NCBI GenBank assembly: GCA_028278115.1 | Contig: JANQEZ010000008.1 | Location: 1 to 47,659 of the forward strand | Source: Clostridia bacterium | GTDB lineage: Bacteria; Bacillota; Clostridia; Peptostreptococcales; Caminicellaceae | DNA length: 47,659 bases | Direction: 5' to 3' | Shown here: piece after piece, positions 1 through 7,371 of the stretch | Numbering within the stretch: the stretch's first letter is position 1 | Layout: the number at the start of each line of letters is the position of its first letter | The notes under the pieces: model-generated | The model's input: only the letters and a program-made list of their open reading frames with translations | Database searches by the model: none | What the model was told of the DNA's origin: nothing | Position numbers and translations under genes: made by a program

Positions 1-99
1 TTAGAGTAAAACTTAACTTATACATGACCCAAATATGCGATGATTCTGGGCATTTTGGGGTGTGTATAAGTTGTAGTTTTACCTAAAATACCTATAAAA
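1..99 (+). repeat. Family-A long-hairpin intergenic repeat, copy A1 (may continue left of the window)
   Basis: Differs at one base (position 48) from 13189-13287. The arms GTAAAACTTAACTTATACATGACCC and GGGGTGTGTATAAGTTGTAGTTTTAC form one long imperfect palindrome. Contains TTGTAG-N16-TATAAA (71-98) pointing at the hyd operon. Confidence 0.85.
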
Positions 100-182
100 C
101 TTTTACATTTGAACTAATTGCAAGGATATGTCTGAGCAAAAGGTAAGAAATTTGGAAGGCGTAGTATGCTTTTTGCAGAAAA

Positions 183-227
183 CTTTCCAAAGGATAAGCA
201 ATTTCTTATCTTTTGGAGAGTTTTTTT
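183..227 (+). terminator. Intrinsic terminator inside the 5' leader of the hyd maturation operon (attenuator)
   Basis: 16-bp stem (183-198 pairs with 205-220, two G-U pairs), 6-nt loop, then a run of 7 T. It lies upstream of the first gene. Segment 151-159 (TTTGGAAGG) can pair with 183-191 as an alternative antiterminator. Confidence 0.7.
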
Positions 228-254
228 GTTTTTTAAAATAAAGGTGGTGGGATA

Positions 255-500
255 ATGGATAAGAGAATAGGTGTTGTAGCCATAATTGTTGAAAATGGAG
301 ATAATGTCCAAAGAGTAAACTCTATTCTCACAGGTTACTCAGAACTGATTGTAGGTAGAATGGGAGTTCCATACAGAGAAAAAAAAGTAAAGATAATGTC
401 AATAATAGTTGATGGTACAACTGATATGATTGGAGCAATGACTGGAAAGCTAGGGAGATTAGAAGGTGTGACAGTAAAGAGTGCGTTGACTAAGAAGTAG
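255..500 (+). CDS. TM1266-family putative iron-only hydrogenase system regulator (small ACT/NikR-C-like protein)
   Basis: 81 aa with the pattern RIGVVAIIVEN...ILTGYSELIVGRMGVPYRE typical of Thermotoga TM1266 homologs. It sits immediately upstream of hydG, as in the TM1266-TM1269 cluster. RBS GGTGG lies upstream. Confidence 0.75.
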   Translation: MDKRIGVVAIIVENGDNVQRVNSILTGYSELIVGRMGVPYREKKVKIMSIIVDGTTDMIGAMTGKLGRLEGVTVKSALTKK

Positions 501-592
501 AGGTTGAGGCTAAGGTTGAGGGCTGGGGTCAAGCTGTTAAGATTTTAGAGGTCGACCGGAACTTAACCTCAGTCTTAACCTTAAACCTTGAC
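499..592 (+). repeat. Family-C element, copy C1 (short hexamer array plus a conserved ~50-nt core)
   Basis: GAGGTTGAGGCTAAGGTTGAGG, then the core GGCTGGGGTCAAGCTGTTAAGATTTTAGAGGTCGACCGGAACTTAACC, then a complementary arm CCTCAGTCTTAACCTTAAACC. The core recurs at 2112-2162. Confidence 0.8.
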
Positions 593-631
593 AAATGAGA
601 ATGACCACAAACAAAACAGGAGGTTTGCAAA

Positions 632-2005
632 ATGGATACTCATAAAATTATTAATGAAAGCTATATTAATGAACTTCTTGAAAATGCAAAATCTGCTTCA
701 AGGGAAGATATATTAAATATAATTGAAAAGTCAAGAGAATGCTTTGGATTGACCTTTGAGGAAGCGGCGCTTCTTTTACAGGTGGAAGATGAAGAATTAC
801 TGGAAAAGATGTTTGAAGCTTCCACTTATATTAAGGAAAAAATCTATGGGAATAGAATAGTTATTTTTGCTCCCCTCTATACGAGCAATGAATGTACTAA
901 TAACTGTTTGTACTGCGGCTTTAGAGCTGAAAATAAAGAGCTGCATAGAAGGACTCTACAGCTTATAGAGGTTGTGGCTGAAGCAAAGACTATTCAGGAT
1001 CAAGGACATAAGAGAATTCTTTTAGTATGCGGTGAAGATGAAAGTAAAACAGATGTTGAGCATATAGTTGATTCGGTAAAGGCTATATACGATAATACTG
1101 ATATAAGAAGAATAAATGTAAATGCATCGCCAATGAAGGTAGAGGATTTTAAGCAGCTAAAAAACATAGGTATAGGTACCTACCAAATATTCCAGGAGAC
1201 ATATCATAGAGAAACCTATAAAATAATGCATCCAACAGGGTCAAAATCAGATTATGATTGGAGATTAACAGCCCTTGATAGAGCCTTTGAGGCTGGAATT
1301 GATGATTTAGGTATAGGTGTACTTTTAGGATTATATGATTACAAATTCGATGTGCTTGCAACATTAATCCATTCAGATTACTTAGATAATAAATACCATG
1401 TTGGGCCCCATACTATTTCAATACCTAGACTTAGACCAGCACATAATTCAGGACTTAAGGAGGTACCATGTCCAGTTTCAGATGATGATTTAAGAAAAAT
1501 AGTTGCAATTTATAGATTGGCTGTTCCTTACACGGGTATAATCCTATCGACTAGGGAAAGTGCAAAGCTGAGGGATGAGCTTCTTGAGCTTGGAGTGTCT
1601 CAAATTTCCGCAGGCTCTAAAACAAATCCCGGTGGATATGAAGAGGATGATAATGAAGCTACTCAGTTTGAAACCAGTGACGAAAGAAGTGTAGATGAAA
1701 TGCTTCAGGTAGTTACAAGACAAGGTCATTTACCTAGCTTCTGTACTGCATGCTACCGTGCCAAAAGAACTGGTGAAGCATTTATGGAGCTGGCAAAGGA
1801 TGCCCATATCCATGAATTCTGCCATCCTAATGCCATATTAACCTACAAAGAATATCTAATTGATTATGCTTCAGGTCAGACTAAAAAAGAGGGAGAAGCA
1901 TTAATTGAGATAGAAGTAAATAAGATAATTGATAAGAAAATAAAAGAAGAAACCGTTAAAAGACTTGAAAGAATAGAAAAAGGGGAAAGGGATTTGTACT
2001 TTTAA
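632..2005 (+). CDS. hydG: [FeFe]-hydrogenase H-cluster radical SAM maturase HydG
   Basis: Radical SAM motif CTNNCLYCGF and a C-terminal auxiliary-cluster motif CTACYR...FCHPN. ThiH/HydG-like length of 457 aa. RBS AGGAGG at 618-623. Lies in an operon with hydE and hydF. Confidence 0.92.
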   Translation: MDTHKIINESYINELLENAKSASREDILNIIEKSRECFGLTFEEAALLLQVEDEELLEKMFEASTYIKEKIYGNRIVIFAPLYTSNECTNNCLYCGFRAENKELHRRTLQLIEVVAEAKTIQDQGHKRILLVCGEDESKTDVEHIVDSVKAIYDNTDIRRINVNASPMKVEDFKQLKNIGIGTYQIFQETYHRETYKIMHPTGSKSDYDWRLTALDRAFEAGIDDLGIGVLLGLYDYKFDVLATLIHSDYLDNKYHVGPHTISIPRLRPAHNSGLKEVPCPVSDDDLRKIVAIYRLAVPYTGIILSTRESAKLRDELLELGVSQISAGSKTNPGGYEEDDNEATQFETSDERSVDEMLQVVTRQGHLPSFCTACYRAKRTGEAFMELAKDAHIHEFCHPNAILTYKEYLIDYASGQTKKEGEALIEIEVNKIIDKKIKEETVKRLERIEKGERDLYF

Positions 2006-2020
2006 ATTAAATCCGCTGTA

Positions 2021-2173
2021 AAGGATGAGGATGAGGTTGAGGATAAGGATGAGGTTAAGGTTAAGGTTAAGGTTAAGGTTGAGGATGAGGCTGAGGTTAA
2101 GGCTTAGGCTTAGGGCTGGGGTCAAGCTGTTAAGAGATTAGAGGTCGACCGGAACTTAACCTTAAACTTGACC
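2021..2173 (+). repeat. Family-C element, copy C2 (expanded hexanucleotide tandem array plus the conserved core)
   Basis: About 16 consecutive RAGGNT hexamers (2021-2113; AAGGAT/GAGGAT/GAGGTT/AAGGTT/GAGGCT/TAGGCT), then the core GGCTGGGGTCAAGCTGTTAAGAGATTAGAGGTCGACCGGAACTTAACC shared with 499-592. Confidence 0.85.
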
Positions 2174-2206
2174 ATGTATTTACCTAAAAGACAATGGAGG
2201 TTTAAT

Positions 2207-3523
2207 ATGAATAAGACCGAAATAAAGTATTATCTAATAATGGCAGGCTCCACAAGCCATATGCTTAGAGGTGATAAGCTATTAAAGGATAAGGCTGTGG
2301 GTACGTCCTTGGTGCCAGCACCTTCGGAATATGGTACAGTATGTGCAACAGCCATTAAGGTAAAGATTGAAGATAAAGAGATTTCTGAGAAAATACTTAG
2401 GGAAAATAATATAACCATTGAAGGCATTTATCCCGATAAACCAAGAAGACTAGCTGGATTAGTAGAAAAATTAATGGATTCCGTTATATCTCCGGAATTT
2501 ATGGAAGTCCTCAAAAAAATAGAAGATGGAGAAGATTTAAAGGAGCAAGACATTGTTCTCCTTCTTTCCACGGAAAGAAAGGCTGAAAAGGAAGCACTGT
2601 TTCACGCTGCCGACAGAATGAGAAAAGAAATTGTGGGAGATGTGGTTGATATTAGAGGGGCGGTAGAATTCTCAAATTACTGTCGTAAGGACTGTAGATA
2701 TTGTGGAATAAGAAAAAGTCTAGATGATTTAAATAGGTATAGGATGTGTGAAGACGAAATTATGGAGGTTGTTCACCACCTGCATGAAATTGGTCTTAAA
2801 ACAGTTATACTACAGTCGGGGGAAGACCTATGGTGGACCCCTGAAAAGATTTCTTCCCTTATAAAGAGGGTGAAGGATGAGACTAAGATGAATATAACCC
2901 TGAGTATAGGGGAGAGAGCAAAAGAAGAATATGAGCTTTATAAAAACCTTGGAACGAATAACTTTCTATTAAAGATTGAAACGACAAATAGGAAGCTCTT
3001 TGACTTTATACATCCCGATGATGATTATGACCATAGAGTAAAATGTTCTTCTTGGCTTAGAGAATTAGGTTATCTAAATGGTTCAGGGAATATAATAGGA
3101 CTTCCGGGGCAAACAGTAGAGGATATAGCAAAGGATATTTTATTCTTTAAGGAAATGGGAATAAATATGATTGGAATAGGGCCCTTTGTTCCTGCTAAAG
3201 GAACTCCCCTAGAGGGCTATCCCCAAGGAGATATAGAGATGACCCTTAAGGCAGTTGCGGTAACTAGAATAGTCTGTAAGAGGGTATTTATACCTGCTAC
3301 AACAGCCCTTGCATCCTTAGACCCAGATGGACAAACCAAGGCACTAAAGGCAGGTGCAAACACTATTATGCTTATAAATACACCTGCAAAATATAGATAT
3401 AATTATCAGATATACAGTGATAAAAATATGGTAGACCTTGAGTCAGCATTTATAGCAGTTGAAGAATCAGGTAGAAAAATGCCACCTTATCTTAAGGTTA
3501 AGAGAGAAGACTGTATAAAATAG
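2207..3523 (+). CDS. hydE: [FeFe]-hydrogenase radical SAM maturase HydE with an N-terminal DUF3343-like extension
   Basis: CRKDCRYCG radical SAM motif, and colinear by eye with T. maritima HydE from about residue 95 onward (IRGAVEFSNYCRKDCRYCGIR, VILQSGED, GLPGQT, GIGPF). Start chosen at ATG 2207, preceded by GGAGG at 2196-2200. The track start 2168 is a TTG inside repeat C2. Confidence 0.9.
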   Translation: MNKTEIKYYLIMAGSTSHMLRGDKLLKDKAVGTSLVPAPSEYGTVCATAIKVKIEDKEISEKILRENNITIEGIYPDKPRRLAGLVEKLMDSVISPEFMEVLKKIEDGEDLKEQDIVLLLSTERKAEKEALFHAADRMRKEIVGDVVDIRGAVEFSNYCRKDCRYCGIRKSLDDLNRYRMCEDEIMEVVHHLHEIGLKTVILQSGEDLWWTPEKISSLIKRVKDETKMNITLSIGERAKEEYELYKNLGTNNFLLKIETTNRKLFDFIHPDDDYDHRVKCSSWLRELGYLNGSGNIIGLPGQTVEDIAKDILFFKEMGINMIGIGPFVPAKGTPLEGYPQGDIEMTLKAVAVTRIVCKRVFIPATTALASLDPDGQTKALKAGANTIMLINTPAKYRYNYQIYSDKNMVDLESAFIAVEESGRKMPPYLKVKREDCIK

Positions 3524-3603
3524 ATAAGAGCTTTGTAAGTAGTAGCTCTTTAGATAAAACATTTAAATTAAAAAGTACAGTAAATGATTGGGGGTTAAGA
3601 GCC

Positions 3604-5001
3604 TTGACTTATAGAATCGAAAAGGATTTGCTGGGAGAGAATAGCATAGATAGTAGTAAATATTATGGTATAAATACCAAAAGGGCACTAGAGAACTTTG
3701 ACATAGGTACAAAGACTGTAAATATAAAACTCATTAAAGAGATAGCACTAATAAAAAAAGCAGCAGCAATTGTAAATAGTAAGCTTAAAAAATTACCACA
3801 GGATAAAGCCGATGCCATAGTAAAGGCAAGCGAAGAAATTATTGAAGGTAAATTTGATGATGAATTTAATATAAGTGCATTTCAAGGTGGTGCAGGGACC
3901 TCAACCAACATGAATGCAAACGAAGTAATTGCAAATAGAGGAATTGAAATTTTAGGCGGTGAAAAGGGAGATTATGATATACTACATCCACTAAATCATG
4001 TGAATATGTCCCAATCTACCAATGATGTATATCCTACTGCACTACGAATAGCAGCTATCCACATGCTGAGGGAGCTTAGCAATTCCCTTGCAGACCTACA
4101 GGAAGAATTACAGGTTAAGGAAAATGAGTTCAGTGAAATTATTAAGCTTGGAAGAACTCAGCTTATGGATGCTCTACCTATGATGGCGGGACAAGGCTTT
4201 GGAGCATATTCAAAGGCAATCGCCAGGGATAGATGGAGGGTTTATAAGGTTGAAGAAAGACTTAGGCAAATAAATCTCGGCGGTACAGCGATTGGAACAG
4301 GAATGAATGCATCAATCAAATACATCTATATGATTACAGATTTAATTCAAGATTTAACAAAGCTTGGCTTAGCAAGATCAGAATTTCCAATGGATATAAC
4401 TCAAAATACAGATGTTTTTGTAGAAGTCTCAGGACTGCTAAAGTCATGTAGCGTTAATCTACTTAAGATTTCAAACGATCTAAGACTATTGGCATCTGGG
4501 CCAAAGGGAGGCTTTGGAGAAATAAATCTTCCCAAGATGCAGGCTGGCTCAACTATTATGCCGGGAAAGGTTAACCCGGTAATACCAGAGATGGTGGCAC
4601 AGGTAGCCATGAGGGTTATTGCAAATGATTCAGCCATAACAATGGCAAGCTCTTCAGGTCAGCTTGAGCTTAATGCATTTTTACCTCTAATAGCCGAAAG
4701 TCTATTGGAATCTTTAGAGCTATTGAATGATGCTGTGGTATTGTTTAGAGAAAGATGTATTAAAGGTATAATAGTGAATGAAGATAAATGTAAGGAAAAT
4801 CTTGAAAAATCTACTTCCTTAGTAACTGCCCTTATTCATCATATAGGCTATGATAAAGCCAGTGAAATTGCAAAAAAGGCATTGAAGGAAGACAAGACCA
4901 TAAGAAAATTACTTAAAGAAGAGAATATTCTAAAGGAAGAAGAAATAAATAAGATTCTCAATCCATATGAAGTAACGAAGCCTGGGATACCGGGCAAATA
5001 A
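3604..5001 (+). CDS. Aspartate ammonia-lyase / class II fumarase family protein embedded in the hyd operon
   Basis: N-terminus YRIEKDLLGE...YYGINTKRALENF and the lyase signature GSTIMPGKVNP. 465 aa, TTG start. Same position as the AspA-like gene of the Thermotoga TM1266-1269 cluster. Confidence 0.88.
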   Translation: MTYRIEKDLLGENSIDSSKYYGINTKRALENFDIGTKTVNIKLIKEIALIKKAAAIVNSKLKKLPQDKADAIVKASEEIIEGKFDDEFNISAFQGGAGTSTNMNANEVIANRGIEILGGEKGDYDILHPLNHVNMSQSTNDVYPTALRIAAIHMLRELSNSLADLQEELQVKENEFSEIIKLGRTQLMDALPMMAGQGFGAYSKAIARDRWRVYKVEERLRQINLGGTAIGTGMNASIKYIYMITDLIQDLTKLGLARSEFPMDITQNTDVFVEVSGLLKSCSVNLLKISNDLRLLASGPKGGFGEINLPKMQAGSTIMPGKVNPVIPEMVAQVAMRVIANDSAITMASSSGQLELNAFLPLIAESLLESLELLNDAVVLFRERCIKGIIVNEDKCKENLEKSTSLVTALIHHIGYDKASEIAKKALKEDKTIRKLLKEENILKEEEINKILNPYEVTKPGIPGK

Positions 5002-5018
5002 TTTTGGAGGAATTGACC

Positions 5019-6263
5019 ATGAGTTTAAACGCTACGCCACGTTCAAACAGAGTCCATATAGCATTGTTTGGTAAAAGAAATGCAGGCAAATCCAGTATAA
5101 TAAATGCCATTACAAACCAAGATATCGCCATAGTATCCGATGTAAAGGGAACCACAACGGACCCTGTTTATAAATCCATGGAGATACTACCAATCGGTCC
5201 CTGTGTAATAATTGATACCGCTGGCTTAGACGATATCGGTAATTTAGGAGAGCTTAGAATCAAAAAGACAATGGAGGTCTTGAACAAAACCGATATAGCT
5301 ATATTTGCTATAGATGCCACAACGGGCATATCCGACGATGATAGGATTATTATAGGTAAAATTAAGGAAAAGAAAATACCCCTAATAGTGGTATTAAATA
5401 AAACCGACCTGCTGGAGGTAACTAAAGAAGAGATTATTAACTTCACTAAAGAGCTTAAGACTATCGTAATAGCAATTTCTGCCTTGAAAAAACAAGGTAT
5501 AAAAGAGCTTAAAAAGAAGATTATTAACCTGCTGCCCGATGATGAAGATAAATTTAGAATAGTAGGTGATTTAGTAAACCCAGGTGACTTTGTAGTCCTT
5601 GTTACTCCAATAGACAAAGCAGCTCCAAAGGGAAGACTGATTTTACCTCAGCAGCAGACCATTAGAGATATATTAGAAAGTGATGCTATAGCAATAGTAA
5701 CAAAGGAATACGAGCTAAAGGAAACATTAGAAAATATATCGAAAAAGCCAAAGCTGGTAATAACAGATTCCCAAGCCTTTTTAAAGGTTGCTGCCGATAC
5801 TCCAAAGGATATACTAATGACATCCTTCTCAATACTCTTTGCAAGATATAAAGGGGATTTAGAACAGCTTGTAAGGGGTGCAAAGGAGATTGAAAAGCTT
5901 AAGGATGGCGACAAAATCCTTGTTTCCGAGGGCTGTACCCATCACAGGCAGGCTGATGACATTGGCAGAGTAAAAATTCCAAGATGGATAAGGCAGATTT
6001 CAGGTAAAAAGCTTGACTTCGAGTTCAGCTCCGGAAATTCCTTTCCCGATGATGTAGAAAAATATTCATTAATAGTTCATTGTGGAGGATGTATGCTCAA
6101 TAGAAGAGGCATGCTTTATAGGATTAATAATGCTAAATCCTTGGGAGTGCCAATAGTAAACTATGGCGTTCTAATTGCTTACGTGCAGGGTATACTTCCT
6201 AGAGCACTAGAGCCCTTCCCACTTGCTAAAATGATTTGGGATGAAGAGCTTATAGATGTGTAA
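5019..6263 (+). CDS. hydF: [FeFe]-hydrogenase maturation GTPase/scaffold HydF
   Basis: P-loop GKRNAGKSS, DTAG and NKTD GTPase motifs. C-terminal cluster ligand motifs CTHH and HCGGC. Start at ATG 5019 after GGAGG at 5006-5010. Confidence 0.92.
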   Translation: MSLNATPRSNRVHIALFGKRNAGKSSIINAITNQDIAIVSDVKGTTTDPVYKSMEILPIGPCVIIDTAGLDDIGNLGELRIKKTMEVLNKTDIAIFAIDATTGISDDDRIIIGKIKEKKIPLIVVLNKTDLLEVTKEEIINFTKELKTIVIAISALKKQGIKELKKKIINLLPDDEDKFRIVGDLVNPGDFVVLVTPIDKAAPKGRLILPQQQTIRDILESDAIAIVTKEYELKETLENISKKPKLVITDSQAFLKVAADTPKDILMTSFSILFARYKGDLEQLVRGAKEIEKLKDGDKILVSEGCTHHRQADDIGRVKIPRWIRQISGKKLDFEFSSGNSFPDDVEKYSLIVHCGGCMLNRRGMLYRINNAKSLGVPIVNYGVLIAYVQGILPRALEPFPLAKMIWDEELIDV

Positions 6264-6394
6264 CTTAGAAACTTAACCTTTTTTCAAAATATTTCGTAAG
6301 CCAAAACTACAATGCTTAATTTGGCTAATAGCTAATGGCTGATAGCTTATAGCAAAACCATCGAAAGTAAAACTTATCGGTCACACATCTATAG
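6251..6394 (+). repeat. Family-B MITE-like element, copy B1 (its left terminus overlaps the hydF stop codon)
   Basis: Termini TATAGATGTGTAAC...GGTCACACATCTATAG. Internal hairpin AGCCAAA-N14-TTTGGCT. Four to five RGCTNAY heptamers. Homologous to 8840-8966, 13031-13182, 19771-19913 and 31897-32033. Confidence 0.85.
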
Positions 6395-6420
6395 TGATAC
6401 TTTATAAAAAAAGAACAGTT

Positions 6421-6458
6421 CCTATGACATTTATAAATGTCATAGGGTTTCTTTTTTT
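6421..6458 (+). terminator. Intrinsic terminator downstream of the hyd operon (possibly bidirectional)
   Basis: CCTATGACATTT / AAATGTCATAGG stem followed by GTTTCTTTTTTT. An A-run precedes the stem. Confidence 0.75.
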
Positions 6459-6549
6459 GTAAGAAACCGTAGATTTAAAAGGGTTTTTATGGTATATGTC
6501 GAAATATTGAGAAGATAAAAATTATTAGGATTAACGGTGAGGTGTTAAG

Positions 6550-7371
6550 TTGAATAGAGGTATCAAGCCTATAAAGAGGTCTAGCATTAGGATTGCTTTA
6601 GGGAAATTGTATTATTCCTATAGAAGATATCTTGAATGGTATTTTAGTAGTAAAGCTTACTCAAAGATATTTTGTAAGGAGTTATTACCTGTAACTGTCT
6701 TCAGTCATCAAACTCCACTATTTAGAAAACTAAAGACTGTAGATATGTGGATGCAGCATAATAAAGTAATCAATTTAAAAATTGCAGCAAAGGAAATTGA
6801 TGGAATATTATTAAAGCCTGGAGAGACATTTTCCTATTGGAAGTTAATTGGAAAGCCCAATAGGTTAAAAGGTTATGTAGATGGAATGGTACTTTTTTAT
6901 GGAGGGTTCAAAGCAGGTATTGGAGGCGGAATATGCCAATTATCTAACTTAATATATTGGATGACCCTCCACACACCATTGACAGTAACTGAGCGATATA
7001 GACATAGCTATGACGTATTTCCCGATTCAAAAAGAACTCAGCCCTTTGGAAGTGGAGCAACATGTGTATATAATTATCGTGATTTACAGATATATAACCC
7101 TACAGACCAAATTTACCAATTGCATGTGAGCTTAACAGATGAATTTTTAATTGGAGAATGGAGAGCAAAAAAGGAGCCTTTGCATAAATACGAGGTATAT
7201 GAAAAGCACCATAAAATTACTCATGAGTACTGGGGTGATTATGTCAGACATAATGTTATACATAGAAAAGTATTTGATAAGAATCATAACTTTCTAAAGG
7301 ATGAATACATTACAGAAAACCATGCTCTAATGATGTATCAGCCGTTATTGGAGAATTCCTCTGACCTATAA
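6550..7371 (+). CDS. VanW family protein
   Basis: 273 aa with the GGGICQLSNLIYW motif characteristic of VanW-like proteins. TTG start after GGTGAGGTG. Confidence 0.75.
   Translation: MNRGIKPIKRSSIRIALGKLYYSYRRYLEWYFSSKAYSKIFCKELLPVTVFSHQTPLFRKLKTVDMWMQHNKVINLKIAAKEIDGILLKPGETFSYWKLIGKPNRLKGYVDGMVLFYGGFKAGIGGGICQLSNLIYWMTLHTPLTVTERYRHSYDVFPDSKRTQPFGSGATCVYNYRDLQIYNPTDQIYQLHVSLTDEFLIGEWRAKKEPLHKYEVYEKHHKITHEYWGDYVRHNVIHRKVFDKNHNFLKDEYITENHALMMYQPLLENSSDL

Noticed and set aside
128-241. 37-codon frame (MSEQKVRNLEG...) in the hyd leader as a leader peptide
   Set aside because: The only SD-like sequence (AAGGA) is 1 nt from the ATG, and the frame runs through the terminator hairpin and T-run. 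RNA structure explains the region better.
114-311. 65-aa minus-strand ORF over the hyd leader
   Set aside because: It overlaps the terminator hairpin and the start of the TM1266-like gene. It has no RBS and is antisense.
2093-2113. TTAGGC/TTAGGG units resembling eukaryotic telomere repeats
   Set aside because: There are only two or three units, at the degenerate end of the RAGGNT hexamer array. The resemblance is coincidental.
1901-2125. Minus-strand ORF encoding LNLNLNLILIL... (and the similar ORF at 335-532)
   Set aside because: It is an artefact of translating the hexanucleotide tandem array of the family-C elements. It is low complexity and antisense to the operon.
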